Origin: Botryllus schlosseri
Lineage: Eukaryota
DNA: 64,000 nucleotides
Assembly: GCA_051294905.1 (NCBI GenBank)
Contig: CM119372.1
Location: 30,134,001 to 30,198,000 of the forward strand
Reading direction: 5' to 3'
This document shows positions 22,819 to 34,111 of this stretch, one piece after another (position 1 is the stretch's first letter; every line of letters begins with the position of its first letter). Both the position numbers and the translations under genes were made by a program. Under the pieces are notes generated by a model that saw only the letters and a list, made by a program, of their open reading frames with translations, did no database searches and was not told the DNA's origin.

Positions 22819-25800
22819 ATCATGATCAATGACCTTCCATCAAACATAGGATAAAAAGTGGGTCTTTATGCTGACGATTGTGAAATTTGGGAATCTGGTT
22901 TAGATATTAATGAACTCGCTGCTGATATTTAGTCTAGCTTGGATACATTCGTCCGATGATGTTCGAAATGGGGATTTGTGGTTTCGAGAGAAAAGAGTGT
23001 TGCTATGTTAATCACAAGAAAGCGCAATTTGGATGCACCAAGACTTCGGTTGGGTGAAGATGATCTAACATATGTAGACAATTTTAAATATCTTGGAGTA
23101 TACTTTGATAAGAGGTTGAACCACAAAATTCATATTGATTACGTTATAAGGAAGTGTGCCACACGCATAAACTCGCTAAGGATGCTTTCGGGTACCACCT
23201 GGGGCGGGTCTAAAGATATGTTGTTGATGTTATATAAATCATTGATTCGCTCGGTGATCGATTATGGAATGGAGGCCTACTTTTTTGCTCCTAAAACACA
23301 CCTTAAGAAAATTGAAGTGATTAGGAACCAAGCCCTGAGAATATGCAGTGGTGCCATGTGTAGTACGCCGGTCTGTGTACTTGAAGTTGAAAGCAATGAA
23401 ATTACTCTTCACATAAGGCACTGGTATGCATGTTCGAAATATCGATATCAATTGACCACCCAGCAGGACAATCCTACTTATTCGGTATTGCAAGAGTCGT
23501 GGGAGGATATGTACGCTCTTATGAATGAGCGATTCTCAACTTTCGTACCTTTACTCATGTTAATGCATTGTCTTGTGAGAATATTGCAGGAAACGTGATA
23601 CTATCGATACCACCGTGGGCAACATCAATTCCCGATGTAGATTCCTCACTATCACTCTCAATTCGTAAACAAACATCTCCAGAAACTGTCACAGTACTCT
23701 TCAAGGATCACATATCTGCCAACTATGAAGAACGCACAGAGATCTATACAGACGGGTCCAACACAGAAACGGGATACGGATATTCGGTGCACGTTCCTGC
23801 ACAAAATATAAGTATTGCGTGCTCGCTTCCAAGAATTCTCTCGATCTTCTCAGTGGAACTCATTGCAATCAAACATGCCCTACTATGGGTACGGCAAAGT
23901 CAAGTTACGAAAATTGCAACATTCAGCGATTCCTTGAGTGCATTGGACGCGATCAAACATTCTGGTGAGTGAAATTATTGAGCTGAATCATCAGTTACGG
24001 ACAGCAGAAATGACCATATCGTTTGTATGGGTGCCTGGACACTCCGGAATACGCGGTAATGAATCTGCAGATCAATTAGCAAGGGCGGGAGCCGCTAATA
24101 CACACATACGCTGGAATCATGCCATCCCACTCGCCGACGTACGGTCGTACTTGCTAAAGAGCTGCAAAGATGAGTGGGACCGCATCTATCAATCCACAGA
24201 TACTGGGAGAGCTTACAAAGATCTGCGACCCTCGGTACATGGCAGACTATCTGAAGTGGACACAAGATTCGCAAACTCGATTATGCTGCGGTTAAGAACG
24301 ACGCATTGCAGACTAAAGCACCATCTCAACAAGATCGGATGCGTCGACTCGCAACTGTGCGAAGCATGTGGTATTGCTGAAACCGTAGAGCATTATCTCA
24401 TGAATTGTAGAAAATATCGCTATCAAAGAGAATGCTTACGACACCATGCAGAGTCGAAGAATGTAAATTTCGACATGCGGACCCTACTGACTGATCCACA
24501 AGTACTGCGATATGTTGTTGAATATGTTAGATCGACGCGAGGAATATTGTACAACCTTTTTATGTGCAATGTGTACCTATATCTCCGTTATATATTATGA
24601 ACATTCTGTAGCGTTCAACTTGTTTCTGTCCGTGGCGCATAAAGCCTTTAGTTGTGATAAGCGCCACTCATGCCAATGTTTTTACCTATAATGATAATTA
24701 TAATGCGAACGAATTACGATCGTTTTCACAACTACTTACTTACTTGAGTAGATCTAAAGTCAGTCAATTCTACTTCTACTTCAAGTAGATTTAGGTTGCT
24801 TATGGAAGAAGTACTTTTGAGTAGCTTTTTTTCGTCGCTACTTCTACTTCTACTTGAGTTGCTTTCTTAACTACTTGGACCACCTCTGGAAATATTTGCC
24901 CCACTATTTACAAAGAATTCTCCATAACCATATCCAACGGCTTTGGAATACAGCACTCAACACTGCGTCATTGCCCCAACTGACTAAAAGGCCCTGTCAT
25001 AAGAGAATCGAATATTCCAATGCGCTGGTCTTTATAATGGAAAGACATTATTAGCGGGCAGATCATAGTGGGTTCTTGTCAAAGCAGTGACCGAGCACGA
25101 ATTCAAGCCTCATAGACATGTGATGATGCCACGATTGAGGATAAATTGGAATGTATCGACAGGAAAGTACCGTCGGAAAGCGATTGTAGACTTTCGTCTC
25201 CATGTCAGAATTCCCTGTGTAGATCTGAAAATAAAAAATAAAATTAGCAATAACATTTATGGTCTAGCTAGACAAGTACTTGACAAACTTTATTAGAATA
25301 GTGGATCCGTCATTATTTACCGAAAAATAGGCACATTCGAGTACTTGAACATGAACATAGTCATTGAAAATAACTGTATTTCGGCCTATAGCTTACAGGC
25401 TACATCAATAATGTGATGCGAATCGGGTTGATGGATTTCCTCAGATAATTTTACAAAGCATCTTTGCAACTTTGTTTTGCAAATCCCTATTATAAGGGTG
25501 TATGAATATCTCCAATTAATATTCGATTTCGAATGTGCCATTGTCACATCACGCATTTCACGGTCTGTGCTTCAAATTGTTACGTGATACGTTTCCGAAT
25601 CCCTAATCCGTAAAACAAGTCAATCAGAGTCCGTAATTACTATGAGTCATCATCACCCATAAAGGATAGACGGCATGTTAAAAAAGAAAGCCGAAAGCTG
25701 AAGTTAAAAAAAGGTTTGGGGCACTAAATATTTGTTTACTGGAGTTAGGGGTAGACACGTCTTTTTAGTGGTTAGTGGCGAGCAGGCCGATGTGTTTGGG

Positions 25801-27399
25801 GAATATAATTTATTTCGCGTCTCATGCACCCCCGAATCCCGTGGACCCTCGAATGCTTCACGGACCACAATTGAAGAATTTTGTTTTATACACTTGTTTT
25901 GTCGCTCCATACTCCTTTCAATTATTGTTGACATTGTTATCAAAATTTTCTTGAAAATCTATATTTTCGAAAGCCTAATTGTATTTTTGGCAATTTTGGT
26001 ATATATGGTTCCCGAAATGCCAAAAACAAATATTCCCGCCTATTTGTTACCAGTATGCATACATCCGCGCGCGTCACGGCCGAATAACTTATATATAGTT
26101 ACTTATCTAATTTCAGGTAACTTCGCCACTTCGATTAGATAGAGATATAAATCGTTCCGAAACACCTATACACGTTCCTGTATAGTCTTGATAGATAGAG
26201 GTTGACGAGCTCATCATTGCCTAAATGCTATTGCTGCGAGACTCTCACATGTAACGTCAGTAGGTTTAGGTTACGGTACTGACCATTTTTAGTAATCAGC
26301 ATGCCAAATATAGAGGTGGCTCACGAGACATTTTTAAGTCTTAATTTGGGGTCGCAACCATGAAAAGCTTGGGAGCCCCTGCACTCTCGTCACAGGAGCG
26401 CTTTGTAATTGGTACGTGAAGAGTTCGACGGATCTACGACGAATTTTGCAGGGATTGTGTGAACTCGAAGTACACGTTCGCGTTCTGTGAGTGAACCTCT
26501 GAAGTTTAAAGGTTCGCGTTCGCAAACGAACCTTGTTAGGTTCTAAACTGAACTTTTTTATGTATTACAAATTTTCACGTCATTATAACATCTTCTTTGC
26601 GTGCCTACTTCGGCCCAGTCTCTGCATGGCGCTGGCAGCATGAAATGAAATTCAGCACTAAATGAGCACGCACCTTGCCAATTTCCGAAAATATTTGCTC
26701 CAGAGTTCGCTCGGAATATTCAGCTTTACGTTTGTGAATCTTTTGTGACTCTCACTTAGGAGCTATACCCGCCATCACAAAATAGCAAGACAGAAACACA
26801 CTACATGTAGCAAGTCCGCGAATTTTGCTTAGTTAGTCAACCAATCAATTACATCAACGAAATTGTTATCAAGAATGCATCTATGTCTATATAATGTAAA
26901 AAATCCATCATTCGGGATCTATCTTGAATTCACAAGCTTATTGTATCATAAAAACCAAATCCATCCGATTGGGGAAATAGCAAAGGTCTTGTGAATCTCG
27001 CCTCCGCATGGGAGTGCGAGCAAGGGTTCTCGGCTATGATGGCTATTGTCTTCTTATGATACTGGACATGATCTCCGATGTTAGTTAGAGAACCATTGAG
27101 CTAATTATGTCAAGTCACCATTGCATCAACTGAAATATACCTTATCGGAGCCGCCGACTTGAATCATTGCCAGACTGTCTTCTGTCGTACCATACGCCAC
27201 TTTGTATTGGCGCACCCACTGATCGGTAGACGTTGGGCGCCCTTGTGTGATCACTCCTGCAACCTCTTTCACCGTTCCGAAGTCAACTTGTATCCATTCG
27301 CCGACTCTGTCTGTTTAACAGAAGAGATGCAATTTACTTACCAGTCCCGAAATCATTTTTTCATTTGGAATCAGACACAGAATTCAAAATTAGTTTCAA

Positions 27400-28350
27400 T
27401 TTCCACAAGACTTCTGAGTAATTCCAGTTGTTAGCGGATTCGGACTTGGATTTATCCATGATTCTGAAGAATCAACTATGTTACAACGGTATTCTTTGCT
27501 GGAGTGCTGCCTGCAAGAGAAAAATTGACCCACTCCAAAACATTCAACATCGAACTCTCTCTGTATCATTGCCAAGGCCCCAATGAGGCCTGGGTGTGAA
27601 ACTCATAAATCGCTACTCAAACGACTCGGTGTTCTAGACATAGAAGAGATGAGAAAGCGAGAAATCGCCACGTTTATGTATCAGATCCATTGCGGTCAGT
27701 GTCTCACAAATTTTAATGACTACTTCGTCTCATAATCAAATGCTCACAAGCAATGTTCCCTCTAATCTTTGACGTGTCTGCGCACACTCACCAACTCACT
27801 GCGCAGATCCTTGGACGACAGTGCTTAACGATCTAAATAAGGTCATCACTTTGGATTTTCTGTGCGCAACTTCGATTTCTGTGCGCAGAGACCGTGTCAG
27901 CACTGCGCATTTGCGCACGTGCGCAGCTTAGAGGGAACATTGCTCACAAGTACATCACGCGCGCGTCCTCGACGAGCAGCTACCACGTGATCACGATGGA
28001 ATACAAGAAAACGCATCGCTCCCTCAAGTATGCCGGATCTCAAGTGTGGATCAGCAGCTCACCGGCTAACTGACAGTCGCGAAGCATGTCCACTTCAAGT
28101 CAAAATACAAACAACTTCTGCTGAATGAAGACTATAGTTAGTCCTCAAGATTACCAGACCTCGATCTGACATATCAAACTCGCCTATCGACACATGCGTG
28201 ATTCATTTTCATCACTTATCGTTTCATGTTATCCCTCATCTCTTTCCATCCAGTGTACATGCCTCTATTTTGCATCGCCTAGGACCAGATGGGTGTCTGA
28301 TTTGAAGACAAATCCAAGCCGTTTCGACACCATCGTATTTCGTCATTGTA
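27400..28350 (+). mobile_element. 3' fragment of an L2/Crack-like LINE in copy B intron 3
   Basis: Paralog of 44370-45140; absent from copy A. Confidence 0.7.
27751..27942. mobile_element. MITE (CAATGTTCCCTC termini, TGCGCA-rich)
   Basis: TSD CTCACAAG; empty site in copy C at ~44710; second copy at 53591-53783. Confidence 0.88.
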
Positions 28351-30351
28351 TCTCAGTCTTGTGATGTTTTGAAATTATGAAAATAATAATGGACTGATAC
28401 CGATACTGAATTGTTTATTTATATCTGAATTTAAAAAAATCAATGTCGGACTATCTGTTGTGGTTATCTAATCAATCATTTCCATTTCCGGACTTCCTTT
28501 TCGATCTTAGATGAAGGAAATGCTTTCATATTAGCACTTTTCCGATATTTCAGGCCGATTAGAGATGCGCAGGATCAGGACTTGGGATTCCAGGAACAAG
28601 ATTCTGAATTTCGATCACTTTCTTAGTATATCTAGATTGCAGTTTGATTGCAATGCGGCACAAAATTTTAATACCTCATATCTGAACAATTGGTAAACTG
28701 GTCTTTTTGGAAACCGAACAAATAGTGAAGATGAGTGGTTCCCAGCGTAGGCGATATCGCCCCCAGTGGGCGATTTCGAGTAACAAGGGTGTGAAAATAG
28801 CGAAAATCTTACATCGTTCAGTGTTATATATTGAATTTAGACGAGAATTAAAATGCACGTGAAGATGGCTTATTCAGCATACGACGCAAAAATTGTCAGC
28901 TCGACCGAAAGTATGGACGCGGAATCCGGTTTTCCGAGGATCTACCCGAAAAATCACCTTTTTTTTAGTCAATTCTCTATCGATCAGAGGTATAGGTAGA
29001 TAAATTTCTTGTTTCTATGTTCTCTTTTTCGGATCCATAAATATGGGGAAAGGGGAAAAATTTGGGTCGGGCTTGATAAGGGGGCGATGAGTAGAAAAAG
29101 GTTGGGAACCAGTGATTTATATGAAACCGAGTTTTCACAGGATCCCGAAGATGTGTTATCACTGTATTATTTGAAACGATTCCCGGAGGTACAGAACCAA
29201 CAATATAACCAAACCCGAATACATTTTCGGATAATACTCGTCAGAGGTAGGCCTAATAGTCAGCGACCAATAGAGCTTTGTATATCTAAAATCGTTTCAT
29301 CAAAGACGTCACAGGCGAAAAAACTCGAATAATCGAGGTGAACAGATGGCTTAAGCTTATAAACGATCACTTTCTGTTGGCACAAACTAGACTAGATTGT
29401 CGCATTTTCATAAAAGTTAGCAGAAAGGCACATAAATGACAGAATGAACTTATGGAATGGTGCCTATGGCCTTGTGCGCTGGGGTTATTCAAGTGAAACG
29501 GCAGGTAGATGGACATTCTGCAACGATGTTTCAAGCTCAGCAACGGCTGTCAACAATTGCGGTAACGAAAGTATGTTGCCTAGGGCAAGCAACAAGCATG
29601 ATTTCAAGAAGTGGCTAACTGTTACAATGTCACCTTATGATCACTATCATGTACGCTCTGAACTCATATTATTTTGTTATCTAGATCTCATTTTTTTGAC
29701 TAGTTACTGTTTTTCCCTACGAAAATACCGAACATACGGTGTCCACAACAACGTTCGGTTAACAGTTTCCAATATTCCTATATGGCAGCTATCACCCGCG
29801 TGATCATTCCATAACGAACTAATAAATGTTGGATTATGCGTTGTGGATTATCATGCACCTTATTCTATATTTGGCAAGCTACTACCGAATAAGAAACGGC
29901 AAAGTTAACGTACTTCGCTTGGACGACCATGCACCCGTGCTGTGCTCCGAAATTTGATTATCCAGACGTGCTTGGTAATGCTCGTGGAGAAGACCTCAAA
30001 AGCTTGAAGTGGTTACTGCAGAATTCGGAATAAGTCCCGATTTCATCCCCATGTAACACACTGCAATGGTATTCGTCTAATTCAATATGACAAAAAAATG
30101 CAAACTGTCGTAACTTACGTTCAAACGTCTCGATCAGACTTTGTACACCTGTAAAACAGAGTCGGAATTATATGTCTATAACAGTGGTTCCCAACCGCCG
30201 GCATAGGAAGCTGGTAACGTTTCAACGGTGATGTCTCGGTTCATATTTCATCTTACCAAATTCATCGTTGATGTGTCACACGATGTGATTTTTGCCCAAC
30301 AATAGTATTCCCAGGGCGCAAACAGCCTGTTTATATTTCCCTACCACACAG

Positions 30352-32006
30352 CAGTGTTGGGATCAAGTCGCTGCCTCCGAGTCACAAGTCATATTGAGTC
30401 ATTGCACATTTTGACTCGAGTCAAGTCAAGTTACCAGTCAGGTAACAATTCAGGTCCATTTGTCCTTTCAAAGTACGAGGCATGCATTTTGCAAGCTATT
30501 AGAAATTCATTTATTTGAAATCGAGGGATGAATATAGAGTTAAATATATATGTAAAAGGCGCTATATAGCTCACGAATGCGTAGCACTGCTAAGCTACGT
30601 GTTCTATACCCTCAGTCTTCAATTATTATCCGTCCAAATAGAGAACAGGCCTAAAATACGAAACCTCTGATAGGGAAAACGGATTGACATGAGACATTAT
30701 CCAACTATACAACAGGGGTTCTCAACTTCCCTTGTATAACGGGCCGCATTTTCACACTAAAAGACGCCGCGGGCCGCAGAACTTGAACACCATATATTTG
30801 TGAACCACTATTAAATTTAGGTGATATTTTCGTTGCAGAGGTCATTATCACTTTGAGCTCTCAGTGCTATAAGAAGTCAGACGTTCGGGGACATTTCTGA
30901 GCAAACCAATCAACTCTTCTCCTTTCCTTCCATGACTGGGGCCTTACACCAATAGTTACTGAAGTCAGCTTTGTCAAATTGATGTTTTTCACTGGCCCCC
31001 TTCCCACGTTTGCGCCGTCAGTATTTCCTCTGGAAATATGTCCACTCTTATAAAACGCACCTGGATAATTAGCTATGTAATGTGTGTGCAGTGTGCACTG
31101 TGTGCAGTCGATGGATTCGTCCAATGCTAGGCTAAAGTAGTCTATGCGTGGCAACGTGTTTCAAAACATGCGATAAAAGATCGACTGAGATAGCTGTTAC
31201 TCTTCTGGTGACTGTTGAGTGTTGAATCAGACAACTGTAGCCTCGAAATTTGTCAGGTGATGTTGAAATTGCTGCTTAGTTCCGGAAACAGCGAATATTC
31301 GCACAGTACGTTAAATTTTTATTGAAGTCACACATTCTCTAGCAGACTCTTCGGTTTATCGATATTCCAAGCAATTTTGAACAATGCGTCCGTCACGTCG
31401 TCGGCAATTTTAAAAATGCCTCGAAATATGGATTGCTGGCAACGTTTTCTCTAAAATCACGCGATATGTATAACTCCAGATGAAACTATCGTGCTATCAT
31501 TTGAAGCTTCTAGGCTCGTTACAACAACTGTTCTTCGACAAATGTGTCACATCGGTCTTCCATAACGATACTGTACCAGTAGTAACTGCGTTCATATTGA
31601 AAGATGTCGCGGGCCGCAAAAGAATCGTCTGCGGGCCGCGGGTTGAGAACCCCTGAACTACAAGTTACTTTACTACTGCGACAACGTCGGCTGTAAGCGG
31701 TCGATGCATTTGTGATAGAACAATGACGTTTCAGTAAAACACAAAATCATTGAATGAATGAGATTTGTCTCTCTCACAAGTCACGCCAGCGTATCGAGAA
31801 CAATAGGAGCATTTGCAAAGTATAGAGCGATATTTATCGACATCGATTAATTGATGACATGAAATTGGCTCGTAATTTTTGCTCCGAGTCACGAGTTAAT
31901 TCGCATTTCCGAAACGCCGAGTCTAGTCAAGTCAAGCCAATTTTGTGAAGTGACATGAGTCATGTTAAGTCATACAAAAAAGGTGACTCGAATCATCCAA
32001 ACATTG
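30352..32006. mobile_element. GACTCGAGTC-family MITE in copy B intron 1
   Basis: TIR CAGTGTTGGGAT; TSD CCACACAG / CCACACAA. Confidence 0.8.
30713..31655 (-). mobile_element. hAT (Buster/Charlie-like) deletion derivative with transposase remnant
   Basis: TIR CAGGGGTTCTCAAC; minus-strand YFSLALDESID resembles the first catalytic Asp motif of Buster-type transposases. Confidence 0.8.
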
Positions 32007-32392
32007 CCACACAATCGAACCATGCTGGTGGTATCTGTGTTAGAACGTTGCTGAATTGAAGCTGAAAGCGATTAAAGCCGGAAATACGAAGTCGCACTTA
32101 TCTTCCTTTCATAAATTTTCTGATTGATTTCACGAAATTCACTTTACAGCATCAATGCAGAGCTACGCACGTCAGGTTAATTGTTCCGGAACACCGATAA
32201 ACGTTTATTCAGTACATACTCTGGTCGATCATCATTTGGCACTTTGCCCCGATCGCATCATCCACTGGGCACGTGCTGGCTCTTGCACATGCACAAGTCA
32301 CAATGACGACAAGCAACACTTTCAGATTCATCTTTTCCCAGGTTTACAAGTAAAACGAGGTAAAGTATACTTTGGGATCACCCATTGACTAC

Positions 32393-33070
32393 TTATATAC
32401 CGTTTCACGCCGCGAATCATTCAAGGAAGAAGTCGCGCAGTTTCATGTCCCCACGAGAAAGGACTTTCCAATCGGAAGGGTGAAATGAAATAGTGTTTAC
32501 CAATCAAAAGCAAAATCGCAAAAACAAATCGCGTGGTTTCATATTGCGGTACTTGCCCTACGAGAAGGAATTTCCAAATCGGCTGGCTGAATCAAATTGA
32601 CATTGTACAACCAAAGTAAAAACATTTTTCGCACGCGCAAAACCAGTGCATTTACATTTTTAGAAAGATATAACTGAAAGCTGACAAGCTGGTGATTAGA
32701 TATTCCATAATACCGATCAACTGATAATTAGTTGGTATTGAATTTGGGAAACTCGTCGTCATCGGCGATGATCACTGGTGTTACATGACGTAAAATCCGT
32801 CATTATGTCAGTAGTCGGGAAATTATTGCTCGTGATTATGACGTGGATATTTATGCGGACTCGCGGATGAATCTCTATTCATATTTTCGTAGCTAACGAA
32901 ATTTCCAGTAAAGTAAAGGGTACCCAACATGATGACGTGAGTTCATTTCTGTCATTATGCTAGCGATCGGGAAATTTTCACCCCGGATCGTGCTATCTTT
33001 GCGACTGGGCTTACATCGGAAGCTCGGATGAATCATTGTTATTTTTAGAAAACTAACGGACGTTTTCGAA
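32393..33070 (-). promoter_or_regulatory. Copy B proximal promoter: TATA plus duplicated kB-like/CRE-like modules
   Basis: TATATAA at 32399-32393; AGGACTTTCC, AGGAATTTCC, GGGAAATT x2, TGACGTAA/TGACGTG. Confidence 0.55.
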
Positions 33071-33939
33071 GTATGTTAAGACTATTATTACCTATCATAA
33101 TCGAAACGCCGCTATCATAGTATTAAAAGGGCCGTACAACACGTGAAAAATTCAATTGTACTTTGAATCCATGAATACATAGGTGTAATAATTCATACCC
33201 CGGGTATTCAGGAGTATAGTTAGGGTAAATACACTCAGTGCTTTGGGGTATACAACAGGATTTGGTCATACACAAAGACTAACATATCTGGGCAAATCGG
33301 GGATCTGGGCAAATTCAACATTTGCCTGGGTACCGATAATTGACTATGTGCACAATTGCATTAACCCATCATCCCAAACTCACCCTTACTCATGATTTTT
33401 TTTCGTCCACTACATGACAAAATGATATTATAGAGAAAATTATTCTAGTGGGTGATTATGACGAGCTCGCTTGTTATCGACTACCATGACAAAATTATGA
33501 TATCGAACAGACATTATGTAGCCTATGCAAGGGTGTCCACTGTAAAATCATCATAGGTTTGTAGACGTATATGCCTGTAAATTTTGCGATAAAGTATCAT
33601 TAATTGACGTTTGATGGTTTCTTCAAATTTAACTTCCCAGTGTGTAGTATTTTCTGAATTTAGCTCTAAGTCAATTATCAGAAATTCATCCAAAAATGGT
33701 GAACGATTGCTCATTACAGCAGTTTAGCAGACTGCTATGATGACGTGGAGTGATTTATAATTTATCGCATCCAATGTATGCGTACAACTGAATGCAATTA
33801 ACAATCCATCACGTATCATCAGGGTGATTATACAATCTCGCTCGCGATGTAGGAGTATATAGCATATAGCTTACGCAGAATCGGTTAAAACTAGTACCAA
33901 TATAGCGTGGCAAAGTAAAGTTATGACATTTGTATATCT

Positions 33940-34111
33940 GAAGAGCTTCTTGGAGGTACATAACTCCAACATATAATTGAATAGAATATTCATATTGAAA
34001 TAAACCCGAATATTTTCGGCTGACACTCGTCAGGGGTAATCGTCAGCAAAGTAGAGAATTGGAAAGAACATTGTATATCAACAATCGCATCCAAAAATAT
34101 GACGTCACCAG
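33940..34111 (-). mobile_element. Solo Penelope pLTR with hammerhead motif (34005-34036)
   Basis: Near-identical to the reverse complement of 51503-51677; absent at the paralogous site ~61725. Confidence 0.8.

Larger units (their letters stand above)
21393..24703 (+). mobile_element. 5'-truncated LINE with RT, RNase H and CCHC (I-group-like), decayed
   Basis: SVLSPILLTIMI [insertion] NDLP..GLYADD..FKYLGVYFD (RT); IYTDGS..FSDSLSAL..WVPGHSGIRGNESAD (RNase H); CEACGIAETVEHYLMNC. Stops and frameshifts; 3' stem-loop GTGGCGC..GCGCCAC and TAA-rich tail. Confidence 0.92.
25063..32331 (-). pseudogene. Copy B: discoidin-domain paralog with premature stop (probable pseudogene or null allele)
   Basis: Exons 32331-32220, 30148-30119, 30060-29914, 27310-27141, 25224-25063, same sizes as copy A, splice sites intact. 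TGA at 29998-29996 replaces TGG (Trp) of A and C. RYIRI is changed to RYIPI in exon 5. Confidence 0.85.

Noticed and set aside
22978..24600. Functional host RT/RNase H gene
   Set aside because: 5'-truncated, interrupted by a transposon, with stops and frameshifts; an ordinary dead LINE.
29996..29998. TGA in copy B as selenocysteine or alternative-code Trp
   Set aside because: It aligns to Trp, not Cys; no SECIS-like element was recognised; the same gene uses TGA as its terminal stop; and a second damaging substitution is present.
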